DNA of 64,000 nucleotides from the NCBI GenBank assembly GCA_051362555.1, contig CM120645.1, positions 17,732,001 through 17,796,000 of the forward strand, in the 5' to 3' direction. A program made the position numbers and the translations under genes. The notes below the pieces were generated by a model. It had not been told where the DNA came from. It worked only from the letters and a program-made list of their open reading frames with translations, and made no database searches. Source of the stretch: Lingula anatina (lineage: Eukaryota > Animalia > Brachiopoda). Positions 36,255-51,400 of the stretch are shown here, piece after piece (the stretch's first letter is position 1; each line of letters opens with the position of its first letter).

Positions 36255-37845
36255 AGGTAAGCGTATTATAAGATGGGCTAGGGAATTTTGCCAATAGAGC
36301 GGTTTGTGTGATAACTACTGTAGTTATTTTTCATACCACACGGTGTATTCCCACTCACAATATGATGATGTAGATGTATGACCCTTTTAGGCTCAACAAG
36401 TAGGGGTAAACTTACAGTTAATAGCATTGAATTTAATTTGTTTAGGTGTTATCTTGTGTGTGTGTGTGTTGTTTTAAAGAATCCCACATGTAATATGAGA
36501 ACCGAATAACTGAAATGAGTTAAAACAGAGTTAGAAGGAGAAGATTTATAAATTAACATTATTATTTATTTATAAGCATTTTCACATGATTATTTTAAAA
36601 TGAATGTTTGATAAAGATAACATGTTTTGGGGTATTGACTTTGGCAACTGAGAAAGGGGGGAGGGCTCATCATACTGAGCTGGCACAATGCCTACATACG
36701 TGTCTATGCACGTAATTAATTTTAATATATTAGTTTCCACATATAATATTAATGGGCAAAACAATCCACATCATTATATATATTATAAAATGTATATTGT
36801 ATTATTTATAAATGGGCAAAACAATCCGCACAATCATAATATAGGCCTACATGTTACATTAACCAAGTGTATAGGCTACAAGTTGGGAATTAACGATGTT
36901 GTGAGGGGAATTAGTATGAGTACCCCCTCCCCCTCTCCCCCGTTAATTTACTCTTTTGTAGTTGAAATTGTCAGTTACATCTATGAACTTACAAAATCTG
37001 AAGATACATGAAATTAAATGGATTAATTACACTTTATTAATCGATTTCAAATGAATAACATGCAGTGGTGGATTTAGGGCCAGGTGTGTGTTGGGTCCTG
37101 ACCCCCCTTTGATGTTTTTAAAAAATAACATTATGTCGAGAAAAGTGGGAACAGTGTGGGTTGATTTGTCCCATAAATAGTTTATAATGGTAAACCTGTT
37201 AATTGTTTCTTGGTACCGATTTGTATATTTGATGCTAGCTCAGGAAGCAAAAAAGATATAACTGTTATTCTGCTAATTTATTGCCCACCAACGAAGTAGA
37301 TTTTAACAATTTAATTGACCCATTCTTACCAAGAAAAATGTTCAAAGCAAAAATATAGTGGTATGCTCAGATGCTTTATTTACTACTTTTAAAATGTACA
37401 TGTAGTTCTGTCTCATTTTTGTACTAGGTACCTAGCAATCTCTTAGGGCGTATAAAATAAATGCTTAATCAAAATCAGGGATTCGATATGAAAGACATTT
37501 GTTGTAGATGGATATTTTTCTTTTGTTTACACACTCCTTTTTGTTAATTCAATTTTGTTTTGGTGTTTTTTCCTGTTAGGAATCCTGTAACTTAGTTTAT
37601 AGAAGTGAATAATTTGTTCACTGGGTGCTGTTTTACTGAGCCGCACATATATAATCCACCGAGCTTAAACCTGTGAAACATTGGGTTGGGAGTTTTGCAC
37701 ATGCATGCCCACTATTAAGCAATGTTGGTGGTTACCAAATAATAGCAAAAACTAAAAAAGTGTAGTCCCAAAAAAACCAAAAATATATTAATTCACATAA
37801 GTCTTAGGGATCGTTCACATGTAAAATCTATTTTCTAAAAATCTG

Positions 37846-37991
37846 TTTTCTATTCGTGGTATCTTGTGATCATGGTCTGTGCCCTGAATACCCCGCAGCG
37901 TAATTACTGGCAGCGCGAGCCAGTTACTTCCAAAGCTGTAATTAATTCTCAGCTGCGCTCGGAGTGATCACAAGATACCGCGAATAGAAAA
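37846..37991. repeat. 27-bp inverted repeat (MITE-like) in a GC-rich insert
   Basis: TTTTCTATTCGTGGTATCTTGTGATCA versus TGATCACAAGATACCGCGAATAGAAAA, one mismatch. Confidence 0.75.
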
Positions 37992-40590
37992 TGGGGAGTC
38001 TCACTAGAATACTGTCAGATAATCTGGCTTAAATGTCCGTCCCGCCTACTACAAGCTGTAAGGGGGTAATTAACTTTCGTGCCCACTCGGCTGACAGCTA
38101 TTTAGAGTGAATCCCCAGGGAGTTAGGTCGATTGTAAACAACTCAGACAAATATAATAAACTCTATTTTCCAATGCAATGTCATTGGTTACCAAATAATA
38201 CCAAAAACTAAATAAATGTATTCCCCCCCCCCCCCCCCAAAAAAAAACAAAAAAACAAAAATACATTTATTCACATAAGTCTTATAATACTTTTAGCATT
38301 ACTATGTCACCCACAGAAAAAGTAGTTTTAGTTTTAGATTTATATTTTACATTGAATACAATGTAAACAACTCAGACAAATATAACAAATTCTATTTTAC
38401 CACCATAATGGTGGTTCTTGCAATTATTCTGGAATCTGTGCTTGCCACTAAACCATATGTGACCTTCAATCTTCACAGATGATTAACCTCTGATAATCTC
38501 TTAAGAGATGGGGGAAACACTCTAAATTATTAGTACCACCGGCATGTATGCTGGCAATACTCATGGTTTTTGTGACACTCATTTGAATGCGCCTCTTGTC
38601 ATAATTTTTGAAAATTCAATGCTAAATATCTCTTAAACCGAAGGAATTATGGGAAAATTTACTATAGAAGTCTGACCAAAAGTCATGTGGAGATTCCAAA
38701 TATACCCTTGGATTTGACTTTTGCCCTTTATTTTAAGGTCAAACAGGCTCTTAGGTGTGTGTACTGCAGGTAATAAAGAGACCTACGATTTGGAACTGGA
38801 AAAAATGTTGCAAACCACCCAAAATTATTTTTTTTTTATTAAGAATTTAACTGTATTCCAGTTTATTAATTTTTCTCATAAAATTAACTAAGAGGGCTAT
38901 GGCTTAACTTAAGTGGCTCTTTCACTTCACTTGCACAGTTTTGTTCAGATCTTAAAATAATTTTTCCCACAATTATATAAAAATGAAGACATAAATACAG
39001 TACAGTATTATACCCTTAATTCAGATGCTAGTGCACATGACTTTTTAACAAGTCCATCACCCAGACACCATTTTCAAAGATATACCAGCAACATCCCATT
39101 TGCACTTTATACAAAGGGTAATAATACAAACATATAAAAAGATGTAATGGAACCCCCACAGTTAATGCAAAAGTTTGAACCAATATTCTTCATATATAAT
39201 ATTTGATATAAGTGTATGGCAGTATATAATAGTAACACAATTTCCAGGATTTGATAGTAGTAGCCTCTTACAGAATTATACTGGATCCATTATCATTTCT
39301 GCATTAAATAAAGACATGCAATACAGTTATAATCACTGGGCCAGTTAAAATTCCCTTTTGCACTTGTACAATTAAAAAAACTGTCACAAGTGTTGCATTA
39401 TGACAAAGTTAACCTGCTCTTATGCCCAATAGGTATTATTTTGAAGTGCCTTTTGTCTGCAACAACTGAAAATCAAGAAAAAGATACTATTAGTTATTAG
39501 CATTATATTAATCATCAAACCAAAGGTATAACACAGTGACATTTCCAGACAGACAGGTGGGAAAACATGACCCCATCTATTTTGGAAGCGTCAAGAGTCC
39601 AGGAATTTTAAGTGTCAAAAACTGTGAGATCCTTAAAGGCTTTCTCTGGGCATAGTAAACTTTTAAGCAATTGAATGAATTTGCCAACTAAATCCATAAA
39701 TATAAATATTAATGCATGTCTTGAAAATAAATAAGAATGCACATTACATCTTTCTTAGAATTACATTTTTGTTTTTTTTTAATGTAACATCCAACTCTTA
39801 CTTGTAAATCAAAATATCTTAATTCTCATTATTATTATTTTAACAAAATTAAATTCCATATTCATACCAACATTTCTTAAAATCAAAATAAATATAGCCT
39901 AAGCACTAAAAAGTCTTGTGGGAGATCTTTGGTGTTTTGTCCAATCCATATTCCAACAGGTGCTCCATTGCCTGAATAAAAATAATAAAGATAACAAAAA
40001 TACTATTAATACACCAGGAAAAAAAGGAAAATCTGTACACAATGTTTTAATGTATATATACAAATATGTCTATACAAAGTTAATTTTGTTGTTCAATACA
40101 TTACAGATTAGTTGATGTTATTAATACTTCTATCACCAAATGTCATTGGTGATTTTCCATGTGACATTTAATGTTGTCATTTCATTATATTGCACATGTT
40201 GGTGCTTTGTGGAGGAACAGCATCTTCAATGATAAGTTAAAGCTTGTATAATTTCAAAGTGGAGAAAGCATTTGTTACATTTATAATATAAAAATATGAA
40301 TGATTATGGTATTCATTTTAAAATAACACTTATCTTACAAATTGCACCATTCTCCCGTTCTCCTAACTCAAATGTACAGCAATCAACTCAGAAAAAAATA
40401 ATTAAAAATTAGAATAAAAAATTATGGTCTGCAGTAATATGATTATTACAAAATCCACAGATAAAATCGACCAACATTGAGTATCGAGTGCCAGTTTGTC
40501 ACCATGGCATTGACCATGAAAAACAACTAGATGGCTTCACTTGTAGACTATGAAGAAGAAACTGAACTGGCAAACAATTTATGAACAGAT

Positions 40591-40952
40591 CATCATCATC
40601 ATCATCATCATTTAGAGCCTATAATGTTCCACTGTTGGACAAAGGCCTCAGCATGCTTTTTCCATTGTTTCCTATCCTGAGCCTCAGATTTCCAGTTTGG
40701 CCAAGGTTTCTTCTTCCAAGACTTCCAGTAGTCATCTAATTCATCCCTCCATCATTTGACCGGCCTTCCTCTTTTTCTTTGTCCATACCTTGGGGTCCAT
40801 TCTGTAAGCCTGATTGTCCATGCCACCTATTGTCCTTCATTCTTTTGACATGTCCTGCCCACCTCCATTTCATTTCTTTAACTGTGAGCAGTATGTCCTT
40901 AACTTTGGTCTGTTCACGTAACCATACATTCGTTTTCCGCTCTCTTGGACTG
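40591..40952 (-). mobile_element. 5'-truncated RTE-clade LINE (3' end of ORF2) with (TGA)n tail
   Basis: The minus strand reads ISPRERKTNVWLREQTKVKDILLTVKEMKWRWAGHVKRMKDNRW..EWTPRYGQRKRGRPVK*WRDEL..AQDRKQWKKHAEAFVQQW, followed by (TGA)n. TSD ATGAACAGAT lies at 40581-40590 and 40953-40962. Confidence 0.92.
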
Positions 40953-41198
40953 ATGAACAGATAGAATTTTAAAAAGCAACACTAGTTTTTAAATCATTAA
41001 ATGGACATTCACCAAAATACATCAGGGACTTACTGGGCACATGTACCAGTACTACGACCATGGACACTACAGACAGAATCATCTGATTACGTAATAAGGG
41101 AAATCTCTGGCATAAAGACACAATTAAGGTCCAATATGGGCTTTGGTTGAAATATGGGATTGCTTTAACTCTGAAATTAAAAACTCCAAAGACTTGGA

Positions 41199-41201
<3 letters not shown>

Positions 41202-41278
<77 letters not shown>

Positions 41279-41357
41279 TCCCCCTAGTATGTGTGTGTGT
41301 GTGTGTAAGATAAATGTACACACATAATATGTTTTACCCTCTATAAATATAAATAAG

Positions 41358-41407
<50 letters not shown>
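41202..41407. repeat. (TA)n, (TG)n and (ATT)n microsatellite cluster
   Basis: Direct reading of the sequence. Confidence 0.9.
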
Positions 41408-41702
41408 CAAGCTAATTCTTTGTCCAAGTGGAAATTAACTAACACCAGTCTTGCAACTTCAAAAATAAAAGTGATCGATAGATTTATCACACATACACAC
41501 ACTCACACACGAAAACACATAAACATTAATTTAAATAGCGACCTTCATTGCTGTTAAGTTTACCCGCTATTTTCAGGTTAATGTCTACGTCATCATTTTG
41601 TGAGTGGGAATACAGTGCACCAAGTGGTATGAAAAATACCTATTTCTCACACAAAGCCCTCTATTGGCAAAATCCCCTAGCCCATCTTATAACACACTAA
41701 CT

Positions 41703-44700
41703 GTTCACCATAATGAAAATGAACACAAGGAAAAATAGTGTAAATGAAGTTGTACACAGTCATCACAATATATATATATATATATACAAACACATTCAGT
41801 AACAATACAGAATAGACACAGCAAACATAAGATAAACAAACACACAGGCACACAGTGACAACACCATCATACACAGTAATAGTAATGATTATAAACAAAT
41901 AGAGTGACAAACTGACATACACAGTGATCAAAATAAATATTAACATGTACAGTGATAATAGTAGCATGCACCAAAGTGAGAATGAACACAAGGAAAAAGA
42001 GTGAAAACAAAGCCATATTTAAAGTCATCACAATATGTACAAACACATTCAGTAACAATACAGAGTAGACACAGCAGACAGAATATAAACAGACACATAC
42101 AGATACATAGGATAAACAAACACACAGGGATACAGAGACAACACAATCATGCAGAGTAATAGTAAAGATTTCAAACAAATAGAGTGACAAAATTGACAAT
42201 AATGTTTACCTTAATGAGAATGAACACAACAAAAAAGAGTGAAAGTAGTACACAGTCATCTCAAAATGTACAAACACATTCAATAACATGACAAAATAGA
42301 CACCGGAAACAGAATATAAAGAGACACATACACAAACAGTGACAACATCATCATGCAAAATAATGTGTTTGTTTGTATTTAATTTGATTACTGTGCATGT
42401 TTGTGTTGTCACTATTCATGTTTGTATTTATTATAAGCGCTGTGTATGTTAGTTTTGTCACTTTATTTTTTAATAATCATTGCTATTACCCTGCATGATG
42501 ATGTTGTTCACTTTATGTCTATGTGTCTGTTTATATTCTGTTTGCAGTGTCTATTTTGTATTGTTAGTGAATGTGTTTGTATATATTGTGATGACTGTGT
42601 ACGACTTCGTTTTCAATCTTTTTCCTTGTGTTCTTTCTCATTATGGTGAATGTAACTGTTGTCACTGTACATGTGAAATTTATTTCTAAACACTGTGTAT
42701 GCCTGTATTTTGACTGTGTTTGTTTATTTATTTAGATTACTGTGCATGTTTATGTTGTCACTGTTCGTGTTTGTATTTATTGTGAGCACTGTGTATGTCA
42801 GTTTTGTCACTCTATTTGTTTGTAATCATTACTATTACTCTGCATGTTGCTGTTGTCACTATATCTCTATGTGCCTGTTTATATTCTGTCTGCTGTGTCT
42901 ATTCTGTATTGTTACTGAATGAGTTTGTACATATTGTGATGACTGTGTATGGCTATGTTTTTTACTCTTTTGCGTTGTGTTCATTCTCATTATGTTGCAC
43001 GTTACTGTTGTCACTGTACAAGTGATGTTTTTTTTTAATGACTGTGTATGTATTTTTTCTGACTGTGTTTGTTTGTATTTTTTTATTACTGTGTTTGTTG
43101 GTGTTGTTACTGTTGGTGTTTGTATTTATTGTTAGCACTGTGTATGTCAGTTTTATCAGTTTATTTATTTCTAGTCATTATTTTAACTGTGCATGTTGGT
43201 GTTGTCACTGTCATCATAGTTTATGTGCCTGTTTATAATCTGATAACTGTTTCCATTCTGTATTGTCATTGAATGTGTTTGTATATATATTGTGTTCACT
43301 GTGCATGACTGTGTTTATTCTTGTTATTGTGCATGGTTGTGTTGTCACTGTACATGTCAAAATTTATTCTGATCACTGTGCATGTCTATATTGTGACTGT
43401 GTTTGTATGTATTCATTTTAAATATTGTGCACGTTACTACTGTCACTGTACATGTTAATATTTATTTTGATCACTGTTTATGTCAGTTTGTCACTCTATT
43501 CGTTTGTAATCATTACTATTACTGTGCATGATGGTTCTGTCGCTGTATGTCTATCTGTCTGTTTATATTCTGTTTCCTGTGTCTATTCTGTATTGTTACT
43601 GAATGTGCTTGTATATATATTAAGATGACTGTGTATGGGTATGTTTTCTTTCTTTTTTTCTTGTGTTCATTTTCTTTAGGATGAATGTTACTGTTGTCAG
43701 GGTACACGCCAAAATTTATTCTGATCACTGTGTATGACTGTATTGTGACTGTGTTTCTTTGTATTTATTTTCATTACTGTGTTTGTTGGTTTTGTTACTG
43801 TTGATGTTTGTATATATTGTGAGCACTGTGTATGTCAGTTTTGTTACTCCATTTGTTTGTAATCATAACTATTACTCTGCATGATGATGTTGTCACTGTT
43901 TGTCTATGTGTCTGTTTATATGCTGTTTGCTGTGTATATTCTGTATTGTTACTGAATTTTTTTGTATATGTTGTGATGACTGTGTACGACTTAGTTTTCA
44001 CTCTTTTTCTTTATGTTCATTCTCATTATGGTAAACGTTATTGTTGTCACTGTCGATGTCAAACTTTTTCTAATCACTGTGTATGTCTGTATTTTGACTG
44101 TGCTTGTTTTTATTTATTTTGATTACTGGGCATGTTTGTGTTGTCACTGTTCGTGTTTGTATTTATTGTGAGCACTGTGTATGTCAGCTTTGTCACTCTA
44201 TTTGTTTGTAATCTTAACTATTGCTGTGCATGATTGTATTGTCACTGTATCCCTTTGTGTTTGTTTATCTTATGTATCTTTATGTGTCTGTTTATATTCT
44301 GTTTGCAGTGTCTATTTTGTATTGTTAGTGAATGTGTTTGTATATATTGTGATGACTGTGTACGACTTCGTTTTCAATCTTTTTCCTTGTGTTTATTTTC
44401 ATTACGGTGAATGCTACTGTTGTCACTGTACATGTGAAATTTTTTTCTAATCACTGTGTATGTCTGTATTATGACTGTGTTTGTTTGTATTTATTTTGAT
44501 TACTGTGTATGTTTGTGTTGTCACTGTTCGTGTTTGTATTTATTGTGAGCACTGTGTATATCAGTTTTGTCACTCTATTTGTTTGTAGTCATTCTGATTA
44601 CTGTGCATTTTAGTGTTGGCACTTTTTGTGTTTAAATTTATTGTAAACAATGTGGATGTCAGTTTTGTCAGTTAATTTATTTCTAGTTATTATTTTAACT

Positions 44701-45451
44701 GTGCATGTTTTGTTGTCACCGTCATCATAGTTTGTGTCTGTTTATACTCTGATGACTGTTTCTATTATGTATTGTCATTGAATGTGTTTGTATATATATA
44801 TATAGTGATCACTGTGTAATCACCCGATTAATTTGTGTTTATTCTTGTTACTGTGCATGGTTTTGTTGTCACTGTACATGTGAAATTTATACTTATCACT
44901 GTGTATATCTGTATTGTGACTGTGTTTGTTTGTATTAATTTTGATTATTGTGCACGTTACTATTGTCACTGTACATGTTAATATTTATTTTGACAACTGT
45001 TTATATTCCTGTGCATGATGGTGTTGTCACTGTATGTTTATGTGTCTGTTTATATTCTATTTGCTGTGTCTATTCTGTATTGTTATTGAATGTGTTTGTA
45101 CATATCGAGATGACTGCGTACGACTTCTGTTGTCAACTGTACATGCGGAATTTTTTCACTCTTTTTCATTGTGTTTATTCTCATTACGATGAATGTTACT
45201 GACTGTTGTCACTGTACATGTGTAAATTTTTTCTAATCACTGTGTATGTCTGTTTTGTGACTGTGTTTGTTTGTATTGATTTTGCTAACTGTCTTTGTTG
45301 GTGTTGTTACTGTTGATGTTTTTATTTATTGTGAGCACTTTGTATGTCAGTTTTGCTACTCTATTTGTTTGTAATCATTAGTATTACTGTGCATGATGGT
45401 GCTATCACTGTATGTCTATCTTCTATTATGTATTGTCATTGAATGTGTTTG

Positions 45452-45482
<31 letters not shown>

Positions 45483-48400
45483 CACTGTGTAATCACCCGA
45501 TTAATTTGTGTTTATTCTTGTTACTGTGCATGGTTTTGTTGTCACTGTACATGTGAAATTTATACTTATCACTGTGTATATCTGTATTGTGACTGTGTTT
45601 GTTTGTATTAATTTTGATTATTGTGCACGTTACTATTGTCTCTGTACATGTTAATATTTATTTTGACAACTGTTTATATTCCTGTGCATGATGGTGTTGT
45701 CACTGTATGTTTATGTGTCTGTTTATATTCTATTTGCTGTGTCTATTCTGTATTGTTACTGAATGAGTTTGTACATATCGAGATGACTGCGTACGACTTT
45801 GTTTTCACTCTTTTACCTTAATTGTGTTCATTGTCATTATGGTGAACGTTTCTGTTGTCAACTGTACATGCGAAATTTTTTCACTCTTTTTCATTGTGTT
45901 TATGCTCATTACGGTGAATGTTACTGACTGTTGTCACTGTACATGTGTAAATTTTTTCTAATCACTGTGTATGTCTGTTTTTTGACTGTGTATGTTTTTA
46001 TTTATTTTGATTACTGTGCATGTTTTTGTTGTCACTGTTCGTGTTTGTATTTATTGTGAGCACTGTGTATGTCAGTTTTGTCACTCTATTTGTTTGTAAT
46101 CATTACCATTACTCTGCATGATGGCATTGTCACTGTATGTCTATCTATCTGTTTATATTCTGTTTGCTGTGTCTATTCTGTATTGTTACTGAATGTGTTT
46201 GTATTTATTGTGAGCACTGTGTATGTCAGTTTTGTCACTCTATTTGTTTGTAGTCATACTGATTACTATGCATTTTAATGTTGGCACTGTTTGTGTTTAT
46301 ATTTATTGTCAACAATATGGATGTTAGTTTTGTCAGTTTATTTATTTTTAGTCATTATTTTAACTGTGCATGTTGGTGTTGTCTTCGCGTCTGTTTATAC
46401 TCTGTAAGCTTTTTTCATCTTGTATTGTCATTGAATGTGTTTGTATATATATTGTGATCACTGTGTATGACTGTGTAATCACCCGATTAATTTGTGTTTA
46501 TTCTTGTTACTATGCATGGTTGTGTGGTCACTGTACATGTTAAAATTTATTCTGATCTCTGTGTATGTCTGTATTGTGACTGTGTTTGTATTTATTCATT
46601 TTAAATATTGTGCACGTTACTACTGTCACTTTACATGTTAATATTTATTTTGACCACTGTTTATGTCAGTTTTTTTATGTTGATGTTTGTATTTATTGTG
46701 AGCACTGTGTATGTCAGTTTAGTTACTCTATTTGTTTGTAATCATAACCATTACTCTGCATGATGGTGTTGTCACTTTATGTCTATGTGTCTGTTTTTGT
46801 ATATATTGTGATGACTGTGTATGACTTTGTTTTCTGTCTTTTTCCTTGTGTTCATTCCTATTATGGTGAACATTACTGCTGTCACTGTACATGTGGATTT
46901 TTTTTGTAATCACTGTGTATGACTGTGTTTTGACTGTGTATGTTTTTATTTATTTTGATTACTGTGCATGTTTTTGTTGTCACTGTTCGTGTTTGTATTT
47001 ATTGTGAGCACTGTGTATGTCAGTTTTGTCACTCTATTTGTTTGTAATCATTACCATTACTCTGCATGATGGCATTGTCACTGTATGTCTATCTATCTGT
47101 TTATATTCTGTTTGCTGTGTCTATTCTGTATTGTTACTGAATGTGTTTGTATTTATTGTGAGCACTGTGTATGTCAGTTTTGTCACTCTATTTGTTTGTA
47201 GTCATACTGATTACTATGCATTTTAATGTTGGCACTGTTTGTGTTTATATTTATTGTCAACAATGTGGATGTTAGTTTTGTCAGTTTATTTATTTTTAGT
47301 CATTATTTTAACTGTGCATGTTGGTGTTGTCTTCGCGTCTGTTTATACTCTGTAAGCTGTTTCCATTCTGTATTGTCATTGAATGTGTTTGTATATATAT
47401 TGTGATCACTGTGTATGACTGTGTAATCACCCGATTAATTTGTGTTTATTCTTGTTACTATGCATGGTTGTGTGGTCACTGTACATGTTAAAATTTATTC
47501 TGATCACTGTGTATGTCTGTATTGTGACTGTGTTTGTATGTATTCATTTTAAATATTGTGCACGTTACTACTGTCACTTTACATGTTAATATTTATTTTG
47601 ACCACTGTTTATGTCAGTTTTTTTATGTTGATGTTTGTATTTATTGTGAGCACTGTGTATGTCAGCTTAGTTACTCTATTTGTTTGTAATCATTACTATT
47701 ACTCTGCATGATGGTGTTGTCACTGTACGTCTATGTGTCTGTTTATACTCTGATAACTGATTCCATTCTGTATTGTCATTGAATGTGTTTTTATATATAT
47801 TATGATCACTGTGTATGACTGTGTAATCACCCGATTAATTTGTGTTTATTCTTGTTTCTATGCATGGTTGTGTGGTCACTGTACATGTTAAAATTTATTC
47901 TGATCTCTGTGTATGTCTGTATTGTGACTGTGTTTGTATTTATTCATTTTAAATATTGTGCACGTTACTACTGTCACTTTACATGTTAATATTTATTTTG
48001 ACCAATGTTTATGTCAGTTTTTTTATGTTGATGTTTGTATTTATTGTGAGCACTGTGTATGTCAGTTTAGTTACTCTATTTGTTTGTAATCATAACCATT
48101 ACTCTGCATGATGGTGTTGTCACTTTATGTCTATGTGTCTGTTTTTGTATATATTGTGATGACTGTGTATGACTTTGTTTTCTGTCTTTTTCCTTGTGTT
48201 CATTCCTATTATGGTGAACATTACTGCTGTCACTGTACATGTGGATTTTTTTTGTAATCACTGTGTATGACTGTGTTTTGACTGTGTATGTTTTTATTTA
48301 TTTTGATTACTGTGCATGTTTTTGTTGTCACTGTTCGTGTTTGTATTTATTGTGAGCACTGTGTATGTCAGTTTTGTCACTCTATTTGTTTGTAATCATT

Positions 48401-51400
48401 ACCATTACTCTGCATGATGGCATTGTCACTGTATGTCTATCTATCTGTTTATATTCTGTTTGCTGTGTCTATTCTGTATTGTTACTGAATGTGTTTGTAT
48501 TTATTGTGAGCACTGTGTATGTCAGTTTTGTCACTCTATTTGTTTGTAGTCATACTGATTACTATGCATTTTAATGTTGGCACTGTTTGTGTTTATATTT
48601 ATTGTCAACAATGTGGATGTTAGTTTTGTCAGTTTATTTATTTTTAGTCATTATTTTAACTGTGCATGTTGGTGTTGTCTTCGCGTCTGTTTATACTCTG
48701 TAAGCTGTTTCCATTCTGTATTGTCATTGAATGTGTTTGTATATATATTGTGATCACTGTGTATGACTGTGTAATCACCCGATTAATTTGTGTTTATTCT
48801 TGTTACTATGCATGGTTGTGTGGTCACTGTACATGTTAAAATTTATTCTGATCACTGTGTATGTCTGTATTGTGACTGTGTTTGTATGTATTCATTTTAA
48901 ATATTGTGCACGTTACTACTGTCACTTTACATGTTAATATTTATTTTGATCACTGTGTATGTCAGCTTTGTCACTCTATTTGTTTGTAATCTTAACTATT
49001 GCTGTGCATGATTGTATTGTCACTGTATCCCTTTGTGTTTGTTTATCTTATGTATCTTTATGTGTCTGTTTATATTCTGTTTGCAGTGTCTATTTTGTAT
49101 TGTTAGTGAATGTGTTTGTATATATTGTGATGACTGTGTACGACTTCGTTTTCAATCTTTTTCCTTGTGTTTATTTTCATTACGGTGAATGCTACTGTTG
49201 TCACTGTACATGTGAAATTTTTTTCTAATCACTGTGTATGTCTGTATTATGACTGTGTTTGTTTGTATTTATTTTGATTACTGTGTATGTTTGTGTTGTC
49301 ACTGTTCGTGTTTGTATTTATTGTGAGCACTGTGTATATCAGTTTTGTCACTCTATTTGTTTGTAGTCATTCTGATTACTGTGCATTTTAGTGTTGGCAC
49401 TTTTTGTGTTTAAATTTATTGTAAACAATGTGGATGTCAGTTTTGTCAGTTAATTTATTTCTAGTTATTATTTTAACTGTGCATGTTTTGTTGTCACCGT
49501 CATCATAGTTTGTGTCTGTTTATACTCTGATGACTGTTTCTATTATGTATTGTCATTGAATGTGTTTGTATATATATATATAGTGATCACTGTGTAATCA
49601 CCCGATTAATTTTTGTTTATTCTTGTTACTGTGCATGGTTTTGTTGTCACTGTACATGTGAAATTTATACTTATCACTGTGTATATCTGTATTGTGACTG
49701 TGTTTGTTTGTATTAATTTTGATTATTGTGCACGTTACTATTGTCACTGTACATGTTAATATTTATTTTGACAACTGTTTATATTCCTGTGCATGATGGT
49801 GTTGTCACTGTATGTTTATGTGTCTGTTTATATTCTATTTGCTGTGTCTATTCTGTATTGTTATTGAATGTGTTTGTACATATCGAGATGACTGCGTACG
49901 ACTTCTGTTGTCAACTGTACATGCGGAATTTTTTCACTCTTTTTCATTGTGTTTATTCTCATTACGATGAATGTTACTGACTGTTGTCACTGTACATGTG
50001 TAAATTTTTTCTAATCACTGTGTATGTCTGTTTTGTGACTGTGTTTGTTTGTATTGATTTTGCTAACTGTCTTTGTTGGTGTTGTTACTGTTGATGTTTT
50101 TATTTATTGTGAGCACTTTGTATGTCAGTTTTGCTACTCTATTTGTTTGTAATCATTAGTATTACTGTGCATGATGGTGCTATCACTGTATGTCTATCTT
50201 CTATTATGTATTGTCATTGAATGTGTTTGTATATATATATATATATATATATAGTGATCACTGTGTAATCACCCGATTAATTTGTGTTTATTCTTGTTAC
50301 TGTGCATGGTCTTGTTGTCACTGTACATGTGAAATTTATACTTATCACTGTGTATATCTGTATTGTGACTGTGTTTGTTTGTATTAATTTTGATTATTGT
50401 GCACGTTACTATTGTCTCTGTACATGTTAATATTTATTTTGACAACTGTTTATATTCCTGTGCATGATGGTGTTGTCACTGTATGTTTATGTGTCTGTTT
50501 ATATTCTATTTGCTGTGTCTATTCTGTATTGTTACTGAATGAGTTTGTACATATCGAGATGACTGCGTACGACTTTGTTTTCACTCTTTTACCTTAATTG
50601 TGTTCATTGTCATTATGGTGAACGTTTCTGTTGTCAACTGTACATGCGAAATTTTTTCACTCTTTTTCATTGTGTTTATGCTCATTACGGTGAATGTTAC
50701 TGACTGTTGTCACTGTACATGTGTAAATTTTTTCTAATCACTGTGTATGTCTGTTTTTTGACTGTGTATGTTTTTATTTATTTTGATTACTGTGCATGTT
50801 TTTGTTGTCACTGTTCGTGTTTGTATTTATTGTGAGCACTGTGTATGTCAGTTTTGTCACTCTATTTGTTTGTAATCATTACCATTACTCTGCATGATGG
50901 CATTGTCACTGTATGTCTATCTATCTGTTTATATTCTGTTTGCTGTGTCTATTCTGTATTGTTACTGAATGTGTTTGTATTTATTGTGAGCACTGTGTAT
51001 GTCAGTTTTGTCACTCTATTTGTTTGTAGTCATACTGATTACTATGCATTTTAATGTTGGCACTGTTTGTGTTTATATTTATTGTCAACAATATGGATGT
51101 TAGTTTTGTCAGTTTATTTATTTTTAGTCATTATTTTAACTGTGCATGTTGGTGTTGTCTTCGCGTCTGTTTATACTCTGTAAGCTTTTTTCATCTTGTA
51201 TTGTCATTGAATGTGTTTGTATATATATTGTGATCACTGTGTATGACTGTGTAATCACCCGATTAATTTGTGTTTATTCTTGTTACTATGCATGGTTGTG
51301 TGGTCACTGTACATGTTAAAATTTATTCTGATCTCTGTGTATGTCTGTATTGTGACTGTGTTTGTATTTATTCATTTTAAATATTGTGCACGTTACTACT

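Larger units (their letters stand above)
36255..41702. mobile_element. ~5.45-kb DNA transposon-like element with ~165-bp imperfect TIRs and 8-bp TSD
   Basis: Left end AGGTAAGCGTATTATAAGATGGGCTAGGGAATTTTGCCAATAGAG..TATTCCCACTCACAA is the reverse complement of 41550-41702. Flanks GTTCACCG (36247-36254) and GTTCACCA (41703-41710) duplicate a single satellite motif. Confidence 0.8.
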
